DNA of 40,689 bases from a virus (IMGVR_UViG_3300045988_019236:1-40689), one strand, 5' to 3'. Positions 29,292-38,803 are shown, counted from the first letter of the stretch. Program-made: numbers and translations. Notes: generated from the letters alone by a model not told the origin.

Positions 29292-29564
29292 TTATTCTTC
29301 CACAATTTTCCGATTTGTGGATTTGATGTAGAAGTCCTCGTAGAGTTCCTGCTTGTCTCCGTTGTATGTATATTCCACATACACACCATCACCGGAAACG
29401 GTAGTCGAAAGCAACGCTTTGTAGTTCTGCAACGTCTTGCACGCCCAAACTACAAATACATTGCTGAGGTCGATTTGCGTGGATTCTCCCGTTGTGGCAT
29501 TGTAATGCTCCACGAGCTTTCGCTTGCACACACTCTGAAAGTGATCCATTCCTGTGATAATCAT
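29292..29564 (-). CDS. Hypothetical protein in the lysis module
   Basis: 90-aa ORF with RBS AAGGAGGAAAAC. Confidence 0.65.
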   Translation of the reverse strand: MIITGMDHFQSVCKRKLVEHYNATTGESTQIDLSNVFVVWACKTLQNYKALLSTTVSGDGVYVEYTYNGDKQELYEDFYIKSTNRKIVEE

Positions 29565-29586
29565 TTTTTGTTTTCCTCCTTAAAAA

Positions 29587-29892
29587 TCAGCCCAGCCCAA
29601 GCCGGGCAAGAATAAACCCTACAACAGCGGCTACGACGATGTAGATGACCTTTTCCACAACGCCCTTCCACCGCTTGCCGGGTTCGGCTTTCAGCTCCTG
29701 CACGTCCGTGCAGAGGCCGTCAACCTTCGCCCCGGTGGTCTCCACCTTCTCCGCCATGACAGCGACGGATGTTGCCAGACGGTTTACTGCCTCCGTCTGC
29801 TTTTCCAGCGCTTCCAGCCGGTGGGAGTTGGATTTCCCCCGCTGCTCTACAGCGGAAATCCACTTAGTGATCTCAGCTTCTTCCATTGGCAT
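29587..29892 (-). CDS. xhlA: XhlA-like (haemolysin XhlA family) membrane protein
   Basis: N-terminal coiled coil (ISAVEQRGKSNSHRLEALEKQTEAVNRL) and a C-terminal TM helix (VIYIVVAAVVGFILARLGL). Confidence 0.7.
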   Translation of the reverse strand: MPMEEAEITKWISAVEQRGKSNSHRLEALEKQTEAVNRLATSVAVMAEKVETTGAKVDGLCTDVQELKAEPGKRWKGVVEKVIYIVVAAVVGFILARLGLG

Positions 29893-29901
29893 ACTCCTTT
29901 C

Positions 29902-30513
29902 TCAGCTGTTCCAACGAGCATAGCCGGGACGGGTATCCACATGAATGCCCCAGCCGTACAGCCCAATTCCTCCAGTGTGCCCCATGACTTCCTCCGCTAC
30001 GGCTTTCATCTCCGCCGGACTTGCGGCACTGTGCAGATCAGCGGCAAGCCCAAACAGATGCTGAGAATTGGACACGCCGCCGACCTCGGCATTGTGCGCC
30101 GCACACCGGACGCCGGAGCCGCCGCCGTCCACGATAGAGATGGGGACACCCAGCCGCCGTCTGATTTCGTCCACAGTGCGTACCATGGTCTCCTGCGGCT
30201 CTACCGGGAACCCGCCGCACCGGCCGCAAGGGCACCGGAATTCCTTCCGGGTGAAATACCGGATATCGTCCCAGAACGTCCCGGTTTTCGGTGCGGTGCT
30301 GTCCTCCGGCTTCTCCACCTTTACCGCCGTCCCGGCGATAGCTCCAATCAGCATTTTCTGGGTAGCCGCACCCGGAATCCCGTCCACGGTAAGCCCGTAG
30401 TCGGCCTGAAACGCCCGGATTGCCCCTTGGGTATTCCTGCCCTCGATGCCGTCAATCGTGCCGGGAGAATAGCCCAGATAGGTGAGCAAGCACTGAATTT
30501 GCTTTACCGTCAC
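29902..30513 (-). CDS. Endolysin: N-terminal peptidoglycan-binding domain + M15-type zinc peptidase
   Basis: Contains GYSPGTIDGIEGRNTQGAIRAFQADYGLTVDGIPG, then SQHLFGLAADL ... IHVD. The GTG start forms a GTGA overlap. Confidence 0.85.
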   Translation of the reverse strand: MTVKQIQCLLTYLGYSPGTIDGIEGRNTQGAIRAFQADYGLTVDGIPGAATQKMLIGAIAGTAVKVEKPEDSTAPKTGTFWDDIRYFTRKEFRCPCGRCGGFPVEPQETMVRTVDEIRRRLGVPISIVDGGGSGVRCAAHNAEVGGVSNSQHLFGLAADLHSAASPAEMKAVAEEVMGHTGGIGLYGWGIHVDTRPGYARWNS

Positions 30514-30692
30514 TCGATCACCACCCCATACTTCGCCAGAATGGCGACAATGTCGTCAGTGAGAACTTTTTTCAACTGACCAGGGGGTAACTTTGCGATG
30601 CTTGCGGCAATGGCACGCATATCCTGCTCTCCTTCCTCGGCGGCACGGATTTCCACCAGCCGCTTTTTGGCGCCGTTACTCCACTTCTTCAT
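30510..30692 (-). CDS. Small hypothetical protein
   Basis: 60-aa ORF coupled to the endolysin start. Confidence 0.55.
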   Translation of the reverse strand: MKKWSNGAKKRLVEIRAAEEGEQDMRAIAASIAKLPPGQLKKVLTDDIVAILAKYGVVIE

Positions 30693-30798
30693 CTGGCTTC
30701 ACCTCCAAAATGGTCAAGGCGTTCTGCATGTCCGCACCCTCGGCCTTCATTTCCGCAATTTTCGCAAGGATTCTCTGCTTCCGTTCTTCGATGGTCAC
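30676..30798 (-). CDS. Possible 40-aa ORF VTIEERKQRILAKIAEMKAEGADMQNALTILEVKPDEEVE (not in the ORF track)
   Basis: The GTG at 30798 forms a GTGA overlap with the stop of 30795..31052, and GGGGGTG lies upstream. The ORF fills an otherwise empty 100-nt gap. Confidence 0.35.
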   Translation of the reverse strand: MTIEERKQRILAKIAEMKAEGADMQNALTILEVKPDEEVE

Positions 30799-31052
30799 GC
30801 GTTATTCACCCCCAGAGCAGTTTCAATTTCAGACAATGCCGATTCGTATTCGGCATTCTTCTTCAACGCCTCTTCCAGCGGGGTGAGGATTTCCACCCCA
30901 TCCCGGTAGAATTTACCATTGCTGTAGGTATCGCCGATAGCCACGGGGCGGTCTGCGGGGTTGATGAGGGTATCGGTTTCAGGCTCGGAATCGGAGCACC
31001 ACAGCATATTGGCCACGGTGCCGTTTTCGATAAGTGCCATTGATTTTGCCAT
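30795..31052 (-). CDS. Small tail-fibre-associated protein
   Basis: 85-aa ORF with a TAATG overlap with the fibre gene. Confidence 0.6.
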   Translation of the reverse strand: MAKSMALIENGTVANMLWCSDSEPETDTLINPADRPVAIGDTYSNGKFYRDGVEILTPLEEALKKNAEYESALSEIETALGVNNA

Positions 31053-32095
31053 TATGCAGCCCCCCTTGCATTGCGGATGATTACGATGCCAGAGCCGCCA
31101 GAAGCGTATGTTGCAGCAGAATATAAGTTACCAAGTCCACCACCGCCGCCGCCCGTGTTTGCGTCACCGTTTTTGGGTCTTGGGTCTGCACCAGCGCCGC
31201 CACCATCACCACCGCCGCCGGCACCGCCAGATGATGTTTCATTAGTCGTTACAGCCCCGCCTCCGCCACCGCCAGCGTAAAGTGTGCCATTGGCTTCCTC
31301 AAATTCTCTTGTTGTTGTTCCCTGGCCGCTACCACCATCACCACCGCCGCCAGAAGACCCATCTGAACCGCCAGAAAAACCAGCCCCTCCAACTTTCCCT
31401 GAGCCGCCGCCAGAGCCACCTGAACTAGGATAATCACCGTTTGTGCTAGTGTCACCGCCATTGGCAGTCAAGCCAAATGCAGACGTTGTGCCACCGGCGT
31501 TTGGTGGAACTCTATTACTTGTAGTAGGGCCAACACCGCCCGCACCAACTATGATTGGGTATTCTATACCTACCTTCACGGAAACGGATTTTTGCGTCTT
31601 TGTATACCCACCACCACCGCCGCCACGTCCGCCACCGCTTGCGCCTCCGCCAACGAGGAAGCCGTCTAATTGGCCATTCCAGCCATATAGCTTGGTAACT
31701 GTGAATGTACCAGAGGTTAAAAATCTAATCTTCCAGTTGTTCTTCCAACTTGCGAAATCCGAAATAGGATTATCGCTGTCATCGACAATCTCATAATCTC
31801 CGGTGTAGGTAAAATCCGGGGTAATTCGATATACGATTGTGACGTACTCCACGGTCAGACGGGTAATGGCAACATCTTGAGTTGCGCTGTCTCCGCCCTT
31901 CGTGGATGTAATCGTCCACGTACCCAGGTCAAGCCCGCCGAATGTCCAGACACCATTTTTCTCAGTGGCCGTCTTCGTGGTAGACCCCATCTTGCAGGTT
32001 ACAGTGGAGCCTGTAGGGGCGGTCACAATTATTGTCGATTTGTTGGGGCTACCGCCGCTGGCACCAAATCCATATAAAGGCACCGCAATGCTCAT
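31052..32095 (-). CDS. Glycine-rich tail fibre / receptor-binding protein
   Basis: 347 aa. The C-terminal 200 aa are dominated by GGxGG runs and end in GGSGIVIIRNARGAA. ATGA overlap with the upstream fibre gene. Confidence 0.65.
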   Translation of the reverse strand: MSIAVPLYGFGASGGSPNKSTIIVTAPTGSTVTCKMGSTTKTATEKNGVWTFGGLDLGTWTITSTKGGDSATQDVAITRLTVEYVTIVYRITPDFTYTGDYEIVDDSDNPISDFASWKNNWKIRFLTSGTFTVTKLYGWNGQLDGFLVGGGASGGGRGGGGGGYTKTQKSVSVKVGIEYPIIVGAGGVGPTTSNRVPPNAGGTTSAFGLTANGGDTSTNGDYPSSGGSGGGSGKVGGAGFSGGSDGSSGGGGDGGSGQGTTTREFEEANGTLYAGGGGGGAVTTNETSSGGAGGGGDGGGAGADPRPKNGDANTGGGGGGLGNLYSAATYASGGSGIVIIRNARGAA

Positions 32096-33336
32096 ACGTA
32101 CACCTCCACCGTAATCGGAATGTCCACCGTGGGCTTGTCCTCAAGGCAGGTGAACGTCAGCACGTTGTTCGACCGGGAAGCGAAGCTAACCATGCCGCAG
32201 GCCTCTTTCAGCGCGATATTGGCAGGCGTGTCGCTTCCATACACCGGATAGGCCATAGCTTTCTTTGCGTCCGTCAGGCCTGTGATGGTCACAGCTTGGA
32301 CATACGGCGCACTGCCAGTCCACCCGGCAACGGTCAGTGTTGCGGAGACGGAAACTGTTTTGACACCGGCAACCGCCAAATCAACGTAGTATTTATGGAC
32401 TGCGTCATCGCCTGATATCGGGTCGGACAGACCCATAATCCGATGCCCGATCATGTTTATGGTTCCGTTCACGACGATGTCCCCGTTCACTTCTCCACCC
32501 GATGCCGCCAATGCGCCAACATCGGAAGCGGATAAATTGACGTTACCGCTGGAATTTGGGGCTACACCGCAAACGGTGGATACTGCGCCGGTGCCGTCAA
32601 TGCCCATGCGGGAGACGGAGTAGGCATAAATCGGGGTTCCGGAATTGAACGTCATTGTAACTCGCGTCCACAGGTAAGCGCCCTGTGCTACCGCGGGAAT
32701 GCTGCCTTGCCAATTTCCGGACGGTATAACATTCCCGGATGTGCTGGCTTGATATGTTACGGACTGACTGGTCAACAGAGCCGGGTTCCCGATGTCGCCC
32801 TTTTCGCCCTTGATCTCAAACCACTGGTACTGCGTCCAATCCGTTGGGGCGGTTGCGGAATTGCCGCTGTATACGCCCATCCAGTTGTCAGGGAGAACAC
32901 CGAAGTTGTGAGAAGCTGCCGTAGGTTCCTGCGCCGCGTACCGAATCCAGACGTATGCGTTGTCGCCCTTGTCACCCTTTGCGCCGTTCGTGATGGTAAA
33001 CGTGCTGGTGGTATTATCGTTGTAGGTAATGCGGTACGTGTCTACCAGCCCGCTGGTGGAGATTTTTGAAACTCCGGTAATGCCTCTGCCGTTTTTAACG
33101 GGAAAATCAAAGGTCGTGGTGTCTGCCATGGTAATGCGGTATGTATCCGTCAGGCCGCTGGTAGACTGCTTCACGATGCTGCTGATACCGCCATGGCCGT
33201 CAGCGGCGGCGGTCAGCCAGTTCAGCAGAATTTGTCCCGTCAGCTTCTTTGCCGCGCTGTCCTGTTCCAGGACGAAAAGGTCAGCAGGTTTTATCTGTTC
33301 CGCTGCAATCAGCTCGGATATTGCTTTATCTGCCAC
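32092..33336 (-). CDS. Tail fibre protein
   Basis: 414 aa with N-terminus MADKAISELIAAEQIKPADLFVLEQDSAAKKLTG and short collagen-like GxxGxxG motifs (GAKGDKGDN, GEKGDIGN). Confidence 0.7.
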   Translation of the reverse strand: MADKAISELIAAEQIKPADLFVLEQDSAAKKLTGQILLNWLTAAADGHGGISSIVKQSTSGLTDTYRITMADTTTFDFPVKNGRGITGVSKISTSGLVDTYRITYNDNTTSTFTITNGAKGDKGDNAYVWIRYAAQEPTAASHNFGVLPDNWMGVYSGNSATAPTDWTQYQWFEIKGEKGDIGNPALLTSQSVTYQASTSGNVIPSGNWQGSIPAVAQGAYLWTRVTMTFNSGTPIYAYSVSRMGIDGTGAVSTVCGVAPNSSGNVNLSASDVGALAASGGEVNGDIVVNGTINMIGHRIMGLSDPISGDDAVHKYYVDLAVAGVKTVSVSATLTVAGWTGSAPYVQAVTITGLTDAKKAMAYPVYGSDTPANIALKEACGMVSFASRSNNVLTFTCLEDKPTVDIPITVEVYV

Positions 33337-33514
33337 GCTTCTTTACCCCCTTATTCCATATAGCAACGCTTTCTGCCGATGTTTTTGCGGGAGCGCGATC
33401 TGTACTGACGTATACGGTTCGCCCGCATATGGGGCATTCCAGCGCTACGAGGTATCTACCGTCTGCGTGCGCGATTGGGATTTCCCCGCAGCACCTCTTA
33501 ATTAATACTTCCAT
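33326..33514 (-). CDS. Small Zn-ribbon protein with a Lar-like C-terminus
   Basis: ATG at 33514 with AGGAGG 9 nt upstream. MEVLIKRCCGE...CPICGR...SAESVAIWNKG. It overlaps both neighbours. The track ORF extends to 33649. Confidence 0.5.
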   Translation of the reverse strand: MEVLIKRCCGEIPIAHADGRYLVALECPICGRTVYVSTDRAPAKTSAESVAIWNKGVKKRGR

Positions 33515-33689
33515 CAGGCGGTACCTCCTGTTCAGTCTCTTTTTCGGGCGCAGGAGGCGCAGACAGCGCCTGCACCACTTCTTCAATGGCTTGCATGCTT
33601 CCCAGCATCCTGTCCCAGTTTTCCCGGCCTGCGACCTGAACGCCCTCAAGGGTATTCAGGACTGCCCTAAGTTTCATTACAGGGTTCAT
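33498..33689 (-). CDS. Small hypothetical tail-module protein
   Basis: 63-aa ORF. Confidence 0.5.
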   Translation of the reverse strand: MNPVMKLRAVLNTLEGVQVAGRENWDRMLGSMQAIEEVVQALSAPPAPEKETEQEVPPDGSIN

Positions 33690-33692
33690 TTT

Positions 33693-33938
33693 CTACTCCT
33701 TTCCCAGCACCACACGCACCGCGCCGGTTTCCGGTACGATAGCGATTATCTTCGTATATTGGGCGGCGTACTGCCCTTCCCACCACATTTGCACCGTCTC
33801 AGCGGGATTTGCAAATACCGTGGCAATCGTCGCCAGGGATTCCCCGAGAATACGGATGTTTATCTGCCCCGCCTGGGGGAATGGGTTGAAGTAGTCGCAG
33901 TCGAATTCTTTGCCTGTTGCGGTTTTCAGTTTTTCCAT
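33693..33938 (-). CDS. Small hypothetical tail-module protein
   Basis: ATG at 33938 with GTGAGGG upstream. The track ORF extends to 33998. Confidence 0.55.
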   Translation of the reverse strand: MEKLKTATGKEFDCDYFNPFPQAGQINIRILGESLATIATVFANPAETVQMWWEGQYAAQYTKIIAIVPETGAVRVVLGKE

Positions 33939-33940
33939 AC

Positions 33941-35143
33941 TTAAGCCCTCACTAATACAGTTTGTGATAATCCGTTTCCGTCCTTGATTGTTCGCCAAGC
34001 CACCTCTTTGTCTTTGAAATAGAAGCTCGACGCGAATAGTACGGAGGTATCAACGTAGCTTGCGGTATTCCACCCATTGAACACACCATTTGCAAAATCC
34101 GCATACCCAAGCGAGGTATTGATACCTCCGCTGGTATAGGCCGTGGATATGGTGTTGTAGCCGATTTCCGAGCCGTAGACACTGTGACTGGCAAGGCCTG
34201 ACCCGTCAAGGTACCCGTCGTCACCACCATAGTCAATTCTTCCGGCGCTGACGCTTCCCCGGAAATAGCCATTCTCAGCGTACAGATTGCCGGTCGGCGT
34301 AATCTGCACGCCGTTAGCCTCTGAGCCGCACTGAATGCCGTTGACACCAATGTAAATACCCCGGCTGTTGGTGCCGTTCCAGACCTGATTGTTATAGCTT
34401 AGGTAGTCGGATTGAATGTCAAAACCGCCGATTTTGCCGCTAAGGGCGGTGATCTTTCCCCGAACTTCTGCGCCGGATTTGGTGATCCGGAACACCGTGG
34501 TATTATTGGCCTTGACCATCCAGGAATCGTCAAGCAGCTCCCAGCCGAAGGACGAGCTGCTCCCGCCGGTTTTGGTCACCCGCGCGGAGATCTGGTCACT
34601 CTGAATGTCCAGCCGTGATGTGAGTTCGTTCCCCTGTTCGATACGGGCAGAGACTTCGGCGGAAATCTGGTCGGCCTGAACCTTGAACGTGGACTTCATT
34701 TCGGAATAGTGGCGTTCAATTTTGCGCTGCGTAGGTGTTTTGTACTCATACTTATAATTGATTTTTTCGCCGCCGGGTGCGGATACATTCGCCGTGTACA
34801 GTGCTCCGTGGGAAATGTTTTTGGAGTATATCCCGCTGTATAAGTTTCCGGCGGCAAATCCGTCTCCGATCTCCGCCGCCGGGTCGATATGTGCGCCATC
34901 AGCGGTATACGGCTGGTATTGGAAGCCTTGGATTCTCGATAGAATATCCTCAGCCATTTTCTGCGTTCCCCACGGGCAGTCCAGAGTAAGTGTTCGCCCG
35001 CTGTCGGTTCCGGCTGAGTATTCCATTTCATCTGACACGGCAACAACGACTTTTGAATATCCGTTGAAAGTGTCTTGCTTTTCCAGCGACGAAAGCGATT
35101 TTCGGACATTGATCACGTCAGACAACGATCCTGTCACCTCCAA
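33941..35143 (-). CDS. Tail tip / baseplate structural protein
   Basis: 400-aa ORF with a central coiled-coil-like repeat (QADQISAEVSARIEQGNELTSRLDIQSDQISARV). The start is uncertain: TTG 35143, or GTG 35116 one nt after the upstream stop. Confidence 0.6.
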   Translation of the reverse strand: MEVTGSLSDVINVRKSLSSLEKQDTFNGYSKVVVAVSDEMEYSAGTDSGRTLTLDCPWGTQKMAEDILSRIQGFQYQPYTADGAHIDPAAEIGDGFAAGNLYSGIYSKNISHGALYTANVSAPGGEKINYKYEYKTPTQRKIERHYSEMKSTFKVQADQISAEVSARIEQGNELTSRLDIQSDQISARVTKTGGSSSSFGWELLDDSWMVKANNTTVFRITKSGAEVRGKITALSGKIGGFDIQSDYLSYNNQVWNGTNSRGIYIGVNGIQCGSEANGVQITPTGNLYAENGYFRGSVSAGRIDYGGDDGYLDGSGLASHSVYGSEIGYNTISTAYTSGGINTSLGYADFANGVFNGWNTASYVDTSVLFASSFYFKDKEVAWRTIKDGNGLSQTVLVRA

Positions 35144-35903
35144 ACGTAATGGCGTAGCCGTGGGTATCGATCAGGTAGCGGGTTTCTTTTGGGATATTCC
35201 AGAAGCATACCAGAAGCAATTCCCCCGATTCGCTCATGAGAAAGCACCCGGCGTACATGGCGGCGATATATCCAAGATATTCCCGGCAAGTATATTCCGG
35301 ATTGTACTGGACAGGATAGGCGTTGCGCATAATCTCCGCCGTCCTTGGGTCTAGCGTCACGCCCATTGCCTGGGCAATTTCCCGCACAACGTCTATATCC
35401 TTTGCAGGCCATGTCAATTTGCTGTCTGCGGGGTAATCCTGCTCAGCGAACAGAATAGCGTCGTAGCCGTGGATTTTAAGCCACTGTACATCGTCCTCGT
35501 CAGCGTCCTGGTCAATGGAATCCGCATAAAATACGCCCTGCGGGAGCCACTCGGAGCATTCGCCGCCGCTACCGACAAGCCTTACATAAACCGCAAGCCG
35601 GGACATTCCTTCAATGTTCCCGGATGGTTTCAGCATTTTAATGTCGCACTCCCGGCTTATTACATTGCCGACGGTCGGCTCGTTCCCATCGAAAATCGCG
35701 CCGGTAGTTTCTACCGACGCGAGGATGTTCATTCCGTATCCGGCATCTGCGCCGGAAGCCCCAACCAGAATGCGGGTTCCGCCGAACGTGATTCCGTTCC
35801 CCCGTTTGTCCACAAGAAAACCCGTATCGCCGATAGAAACCCGCGTTTCCTTCGTGTGGATGCCCGCAAGGATTTTTCTATACAGAGCAGATGTTTTCTG
35901 CAT
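35118..35903 (-). CDS. Tail-associated (Tal-like N-terminal) protein
   Basis: 261-aa ORF. The call rests on its position after the Dit-like gene. Confidence 0.5.
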   Translation of the reverse strand: MQKTSALYRKILAGIHTKETRVSIGDTGFLVDKRGNGITFGGTRILVGASGADAGYGMNILASVETTGAIFDGNEPTVGNVISRECDIKMLKPSGNIEGMSRLAVYVRLVGSGGECSEWLPQGVFYADSIDQDADEDDVQWLKIHGYDAILFAEQDYPADSKLTWPAKDIDVVREIAQAMGVTLDPRTAEIMRNAYPVQYNPEYTCREYLGYIAAMYAGCFLMSESGELLLVCFWNIPKETRYLIDTHGYAITFGGDRIVV

Positions 35904-35912
35904 ATTGCCTCC

Positions 35913-36290
35913 TTACTGCTCGATCAGCGGGAAGGAAATACCCGTCCATACCGATTCCCCGGTATCGGGGTCAACGTAGGAGATCGAAGCGGGAACGTTG
36001 TTGGAATAATATTGCGCCGTCTGGCTCTCGTATAGCGGGTGTAGGTTCGTTTCCACTGTGACAAACTCCGGGTTTATCAGAGCCATAAGCGCAAGCTCTT
36101 CCGCGCGGTTCATATCCATGCACGTGATATCAGCCCGGTATTTCTGCGCCACCCGGCCACGGTGCATGGTAGCGTCCATGGTTCGCCCAGCGTTGGGGCT
36201 TTCCACATCGTTGCGCTGCCACTTTATGCCGCCCTCCTGAGTGAGGTGGAGGATGTCCACGCCATTGATTTTGAAATATGGTTTTGCCAT
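35913..36290 (-). CDS. Distal tail protein (Dit)-like
   Basis: 125-aa ORF starting 2 nt after the tape measure stop. The call rests on position and size. Confidence 0.5.
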   Translation of the reverse strand: MAKPYFKINGVDILHLTQEGGIKWQRNDVESPNAGRTMDATMHRGRVAQKYRADITCMDMNRAEELALMALINPEFVTVETNLHPLYESQTAQYYSNNVPASISYVDPDTGESVWTGISFPLIEQ

Positions 36291-36291
36291 A

Positions 36292-38781
36292 CTACCCCCC
36301 CAATGCCCGCTGTGTCCGGCGCTGCTGACGGGTGATCTCAGGTGTCAGCACCCGCGCAAGCGTCGCAAGGTCGCCGGTGAACTTGATCGTGATTTCCCCG
36401 CCGAAACCGTTCTGCGAAAGCACCTCCGCAACAGCCTGTTTAATGGTTTCCAGAGGGGCTTCAACGTTTGTGCCGCGCTTCTGGTCGCCCAATACTGCCA
36501 TAAATGGGGCATTCGGCGGAATCACTGCGCCCTGCGCCAAGTACGGTATCTGTGGAGCCGTAAACTGCGGGAGATTCCACCCAACATTTCCTATGCCAGG
36601 AATGCTGATATTGAAGCTCAGCATATTAAACAAGGAATTGATGCCGTTAACAACGGCGCTTATCATTCTGTTGATAACGCCGATTACGCCATTGACCGCG
36701 CCTCTTATTGTAGAAACAATTCCGTCCCAAATGTTCCTTGTAGTTTCGCGCACAGAATCCCATGTATTTGCAATTCCATCTTTGATGTCAGAAAGCGCAG
36801 TAGAAAACCAAGTGGTAACGGATTTCCACTTTTCGGTGATACCATTCAGGAGCCCCTGAATGATATACCGGCCTTGTTCCGCCATAACAGTGGACGGGGA
36901 ATGGATGCCAAATGCGGCGCAAAATCCATCAATAAATGGCTTAAAGATATTATTCCATATCCAAGCGCCAATATCTTTCACTGCATTTAGGATTCCTTCT
37001 AAAAGCCCCTCTAATGTGAATTCGCCGTCCTCGTAGGCCACATCGTACCACCACTGCACTACTTCTTCCCAAGCGTCGTGGATAAGCCCCCACAAAAATG
37101 CAGTCAATGCGCCAAAAGCGGAGCCAATCGCCTCGAATACTGCTGTGGCGACACCGACCCAGTCTACGTTTACAAGAAACGTTTTGACCTGCTCACCAAG
37201 GGTAAACCAGTCAATGCTTTGAATCGTCTCTGACATAGAGTTGAAGAAGCTTATAGCAATGTTGCTTGCAGCCTGTGCGAGTTGTGCCATATCCAAATTG
37301 GTAAGGAATCCGGCAAGCATTTCCAGCGCGATCTTGAATTTCGCCCACAGAAGCACGCCTAAATTTGACCAATCCACGTTTGAGACTATGCTGTTGACGC
37401 TATCCGCAAGTCTACTCCCAAGCCCCGCCCAGTCAAACGTCTGAACTGCGGTAGCAAGAAACATCATTGCTCCATCTAGGGATTTCCCAATTTTTTCTCC
37501 AATGCCAGCCCAATCCGCCTGCGCGACCATGTCATTTAACGCCGCTGTCAATGTCTTCGCAGCATCCGCGAATTGCGCATTTTTCAATTGCTCGGCAACA
37601 AGTTGCGCCCAATCCGGTAGCGAAACATTTAATGCCCCCCCAGACCCACCAGCTCCGCCGCCGGAATCTCTTTCTGTATCGCTCAGAACATTAAGCTCGT
37701 CAAACGACATAAGCTGTTTTTTCAGCTTGTCTGTTTCCTTTTTTGCGGCACTTCCTGCGCTGCTGATTTGCTTCGAGGCGGTTTTCCCGGTCAATCCTAT
37801 CAAACTAAGGAACTTCGAAACATAGCCGATTGCGGAGGCTATCAGATTAACTACTTTTGTGATTATCGGCCCCAATACATTCCCCAGCTGTGACCAAGCG
37901 TTTGAAAGCGTATTCGAAAGCTGCTGATTCTGCTCCATGAATGCGCTTACAGCTTTTCGGAGTATCCCAATAACACCTCTAACCCCCAGAAGCACTGGGA
38001 TGAGCCTTTTTGCACCGGAATATAAACCGCCAAAGGATTTTGAAATTGATTTGCTCCCGGTAAGCATTTTCCCGATGCTGGATGCCCCGGATTTCAGCGC
38101 CGACGCGAACTTTTTTACCGCACCAGACGCAATATCCCACATTGTTTTGGCAACAGTTTTCGTAATATTGGATATTGCGCTAAATACGCCGCGGATAAGC
38201 TCGGCCTTCGACTCAAAAACGTCAGCGTCCTCTTGCAACCCGTGGAACGTATCACGTACTCTTGCAATCATGGATTGCAACCCCGTAGCGGCCTGTTCCG
38301 AACCCTGAATAGATTCTTCACCAATGCTTGGCGTTGCAGTCCCCGCCTCTTGCGCAAGTTCGGAATATCTAGCCTTAACGCCGTCAAGTGCCATCTGCGT
38401 AGTTACAAGCGTTCGGTTATTCTTTTCAAGTTGCGTTTGGAGCAACCCGATTGCATTTTGCAGTGCCTGTATGCGCTCTACATTTTCGGGCGAATTTTCG
38501 AAAACGCCGTTGACGCCTTTTTTTGCTTGATTTTGTAGTGAAGTCAGTTCTTGTTGAGCCGCCTTAAGATTCTCTGTAAGAGAGTTCTTCGCAATATTGC
38601 CAGCTGTCAGGTCTTCTTCGAGGCGAAGCATTTTCTTTTTCAGCCTGCCAAGTTCTTTGTCAACATCACCCGTTGACAGGTCTACAGAAATTACAACGGA
38701 ACCGTCTGCCAAATTACCACCTTCTTCGCCATTGTGATATAAAAATTCACGCTCCGCCAAATTGCTAGTCTTCCTTGACAC
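36292..38781 (-). CDS. Tail tape measure protein
   Basis: 829 aa with long helical and hydrophobic repeats, and a position typical of a tape measure gene. The start is uncertain: GTG 38781, or TTG 38712 with GAAGGTGG upstream. Confidence 0.85.
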   Translation of the reverse strand: MSRKTSNLAEREFLYHNGEEGGNLADGSVVISVDLSTGDVDKELGRLKKKMLRLEEDLTAGNIAKNSLTENLKAAQQELTSLQNQAKKGVNGVFENSPENVERIQALQNAIGLLQTQLEKNNRTLVTTQMALDGVKARYSELAQEAGTATPSIGEESIQGSEQAATGLQSMIARVRDTFHGLQEDADVFESKAELIRGVFSAISNITKTVAKTMWDIASGAVKKFASALKSGASSIGKMLTGSKSISKSFGGLYSGAKRLIPVLLGVRGVIGILRKAVSAFMEQNQQLSNTLSNAWSQLGNVLGPIITKVVNLIASAIGYVSKFLSLIGLTGKTASKQISSAGSAAKKETDKLKKQLMSFDELNVLSDTERDSGGGAGGSGGALNVSLPDWAQLVAEQLKNAQFADAAKTLTAALNDMVAQADWAGIGEKIGKSLDGAMMFLATAVQTFDWAGLGSRLADSVNSIVSNVDWSNLGVLLWAKFKIALEMLAGFLTNLDMAQLAQAASNIAISFFNSMSETIQSIDWFTLGEQVKTFLVNVDWVGVATAVFEAIGSAFGALTAFLWGLIHDAWEEVVQWWYDVAYEDGEFTLEGLLEGILNAVKDIGAWIWNNIFKPFIDGFCAAFGIHSPSTVMAEQGRYIIQGLLNGITEKWKSVTTWFSTALSDIKDGIANTWDSVRETTRNIWDGIVSTIRGAVNGVIGVINRMISAVVNGINSLFNMLSFNISIPGIGNVGWNLPQFTAPQIPYLAQGAVIPPNAPFMAVLGDQKRGTNVEAPLETIKQAVAEVLSQNGFGGEITIKFTGDLATLARVLTPEITRQQRRTQRALGG

Positions 38782-38803
38782 TTTCCCGCAAGCGTGATAT
38801 TCT
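38775..38803 (+). promoter_or_regulatory. Candidate promoter of the TM2-domain gene
   Basis: TTGACA (38775-38780), a 17-nt spacer, then TATTCT (38798-38803). The RBS GGGGGGA lies before the ATG at 38841. Confidence 0.5.

Noticed and set aside
31071-31796. Pro-rich plus-strand ORFs (31071..31280 and 31443..31796)
   Set aside because: They are the reverse-complement reading of the poly-Gly (GGN) codons of the fibre gene (CCN gives Pro). They are not independent genes.
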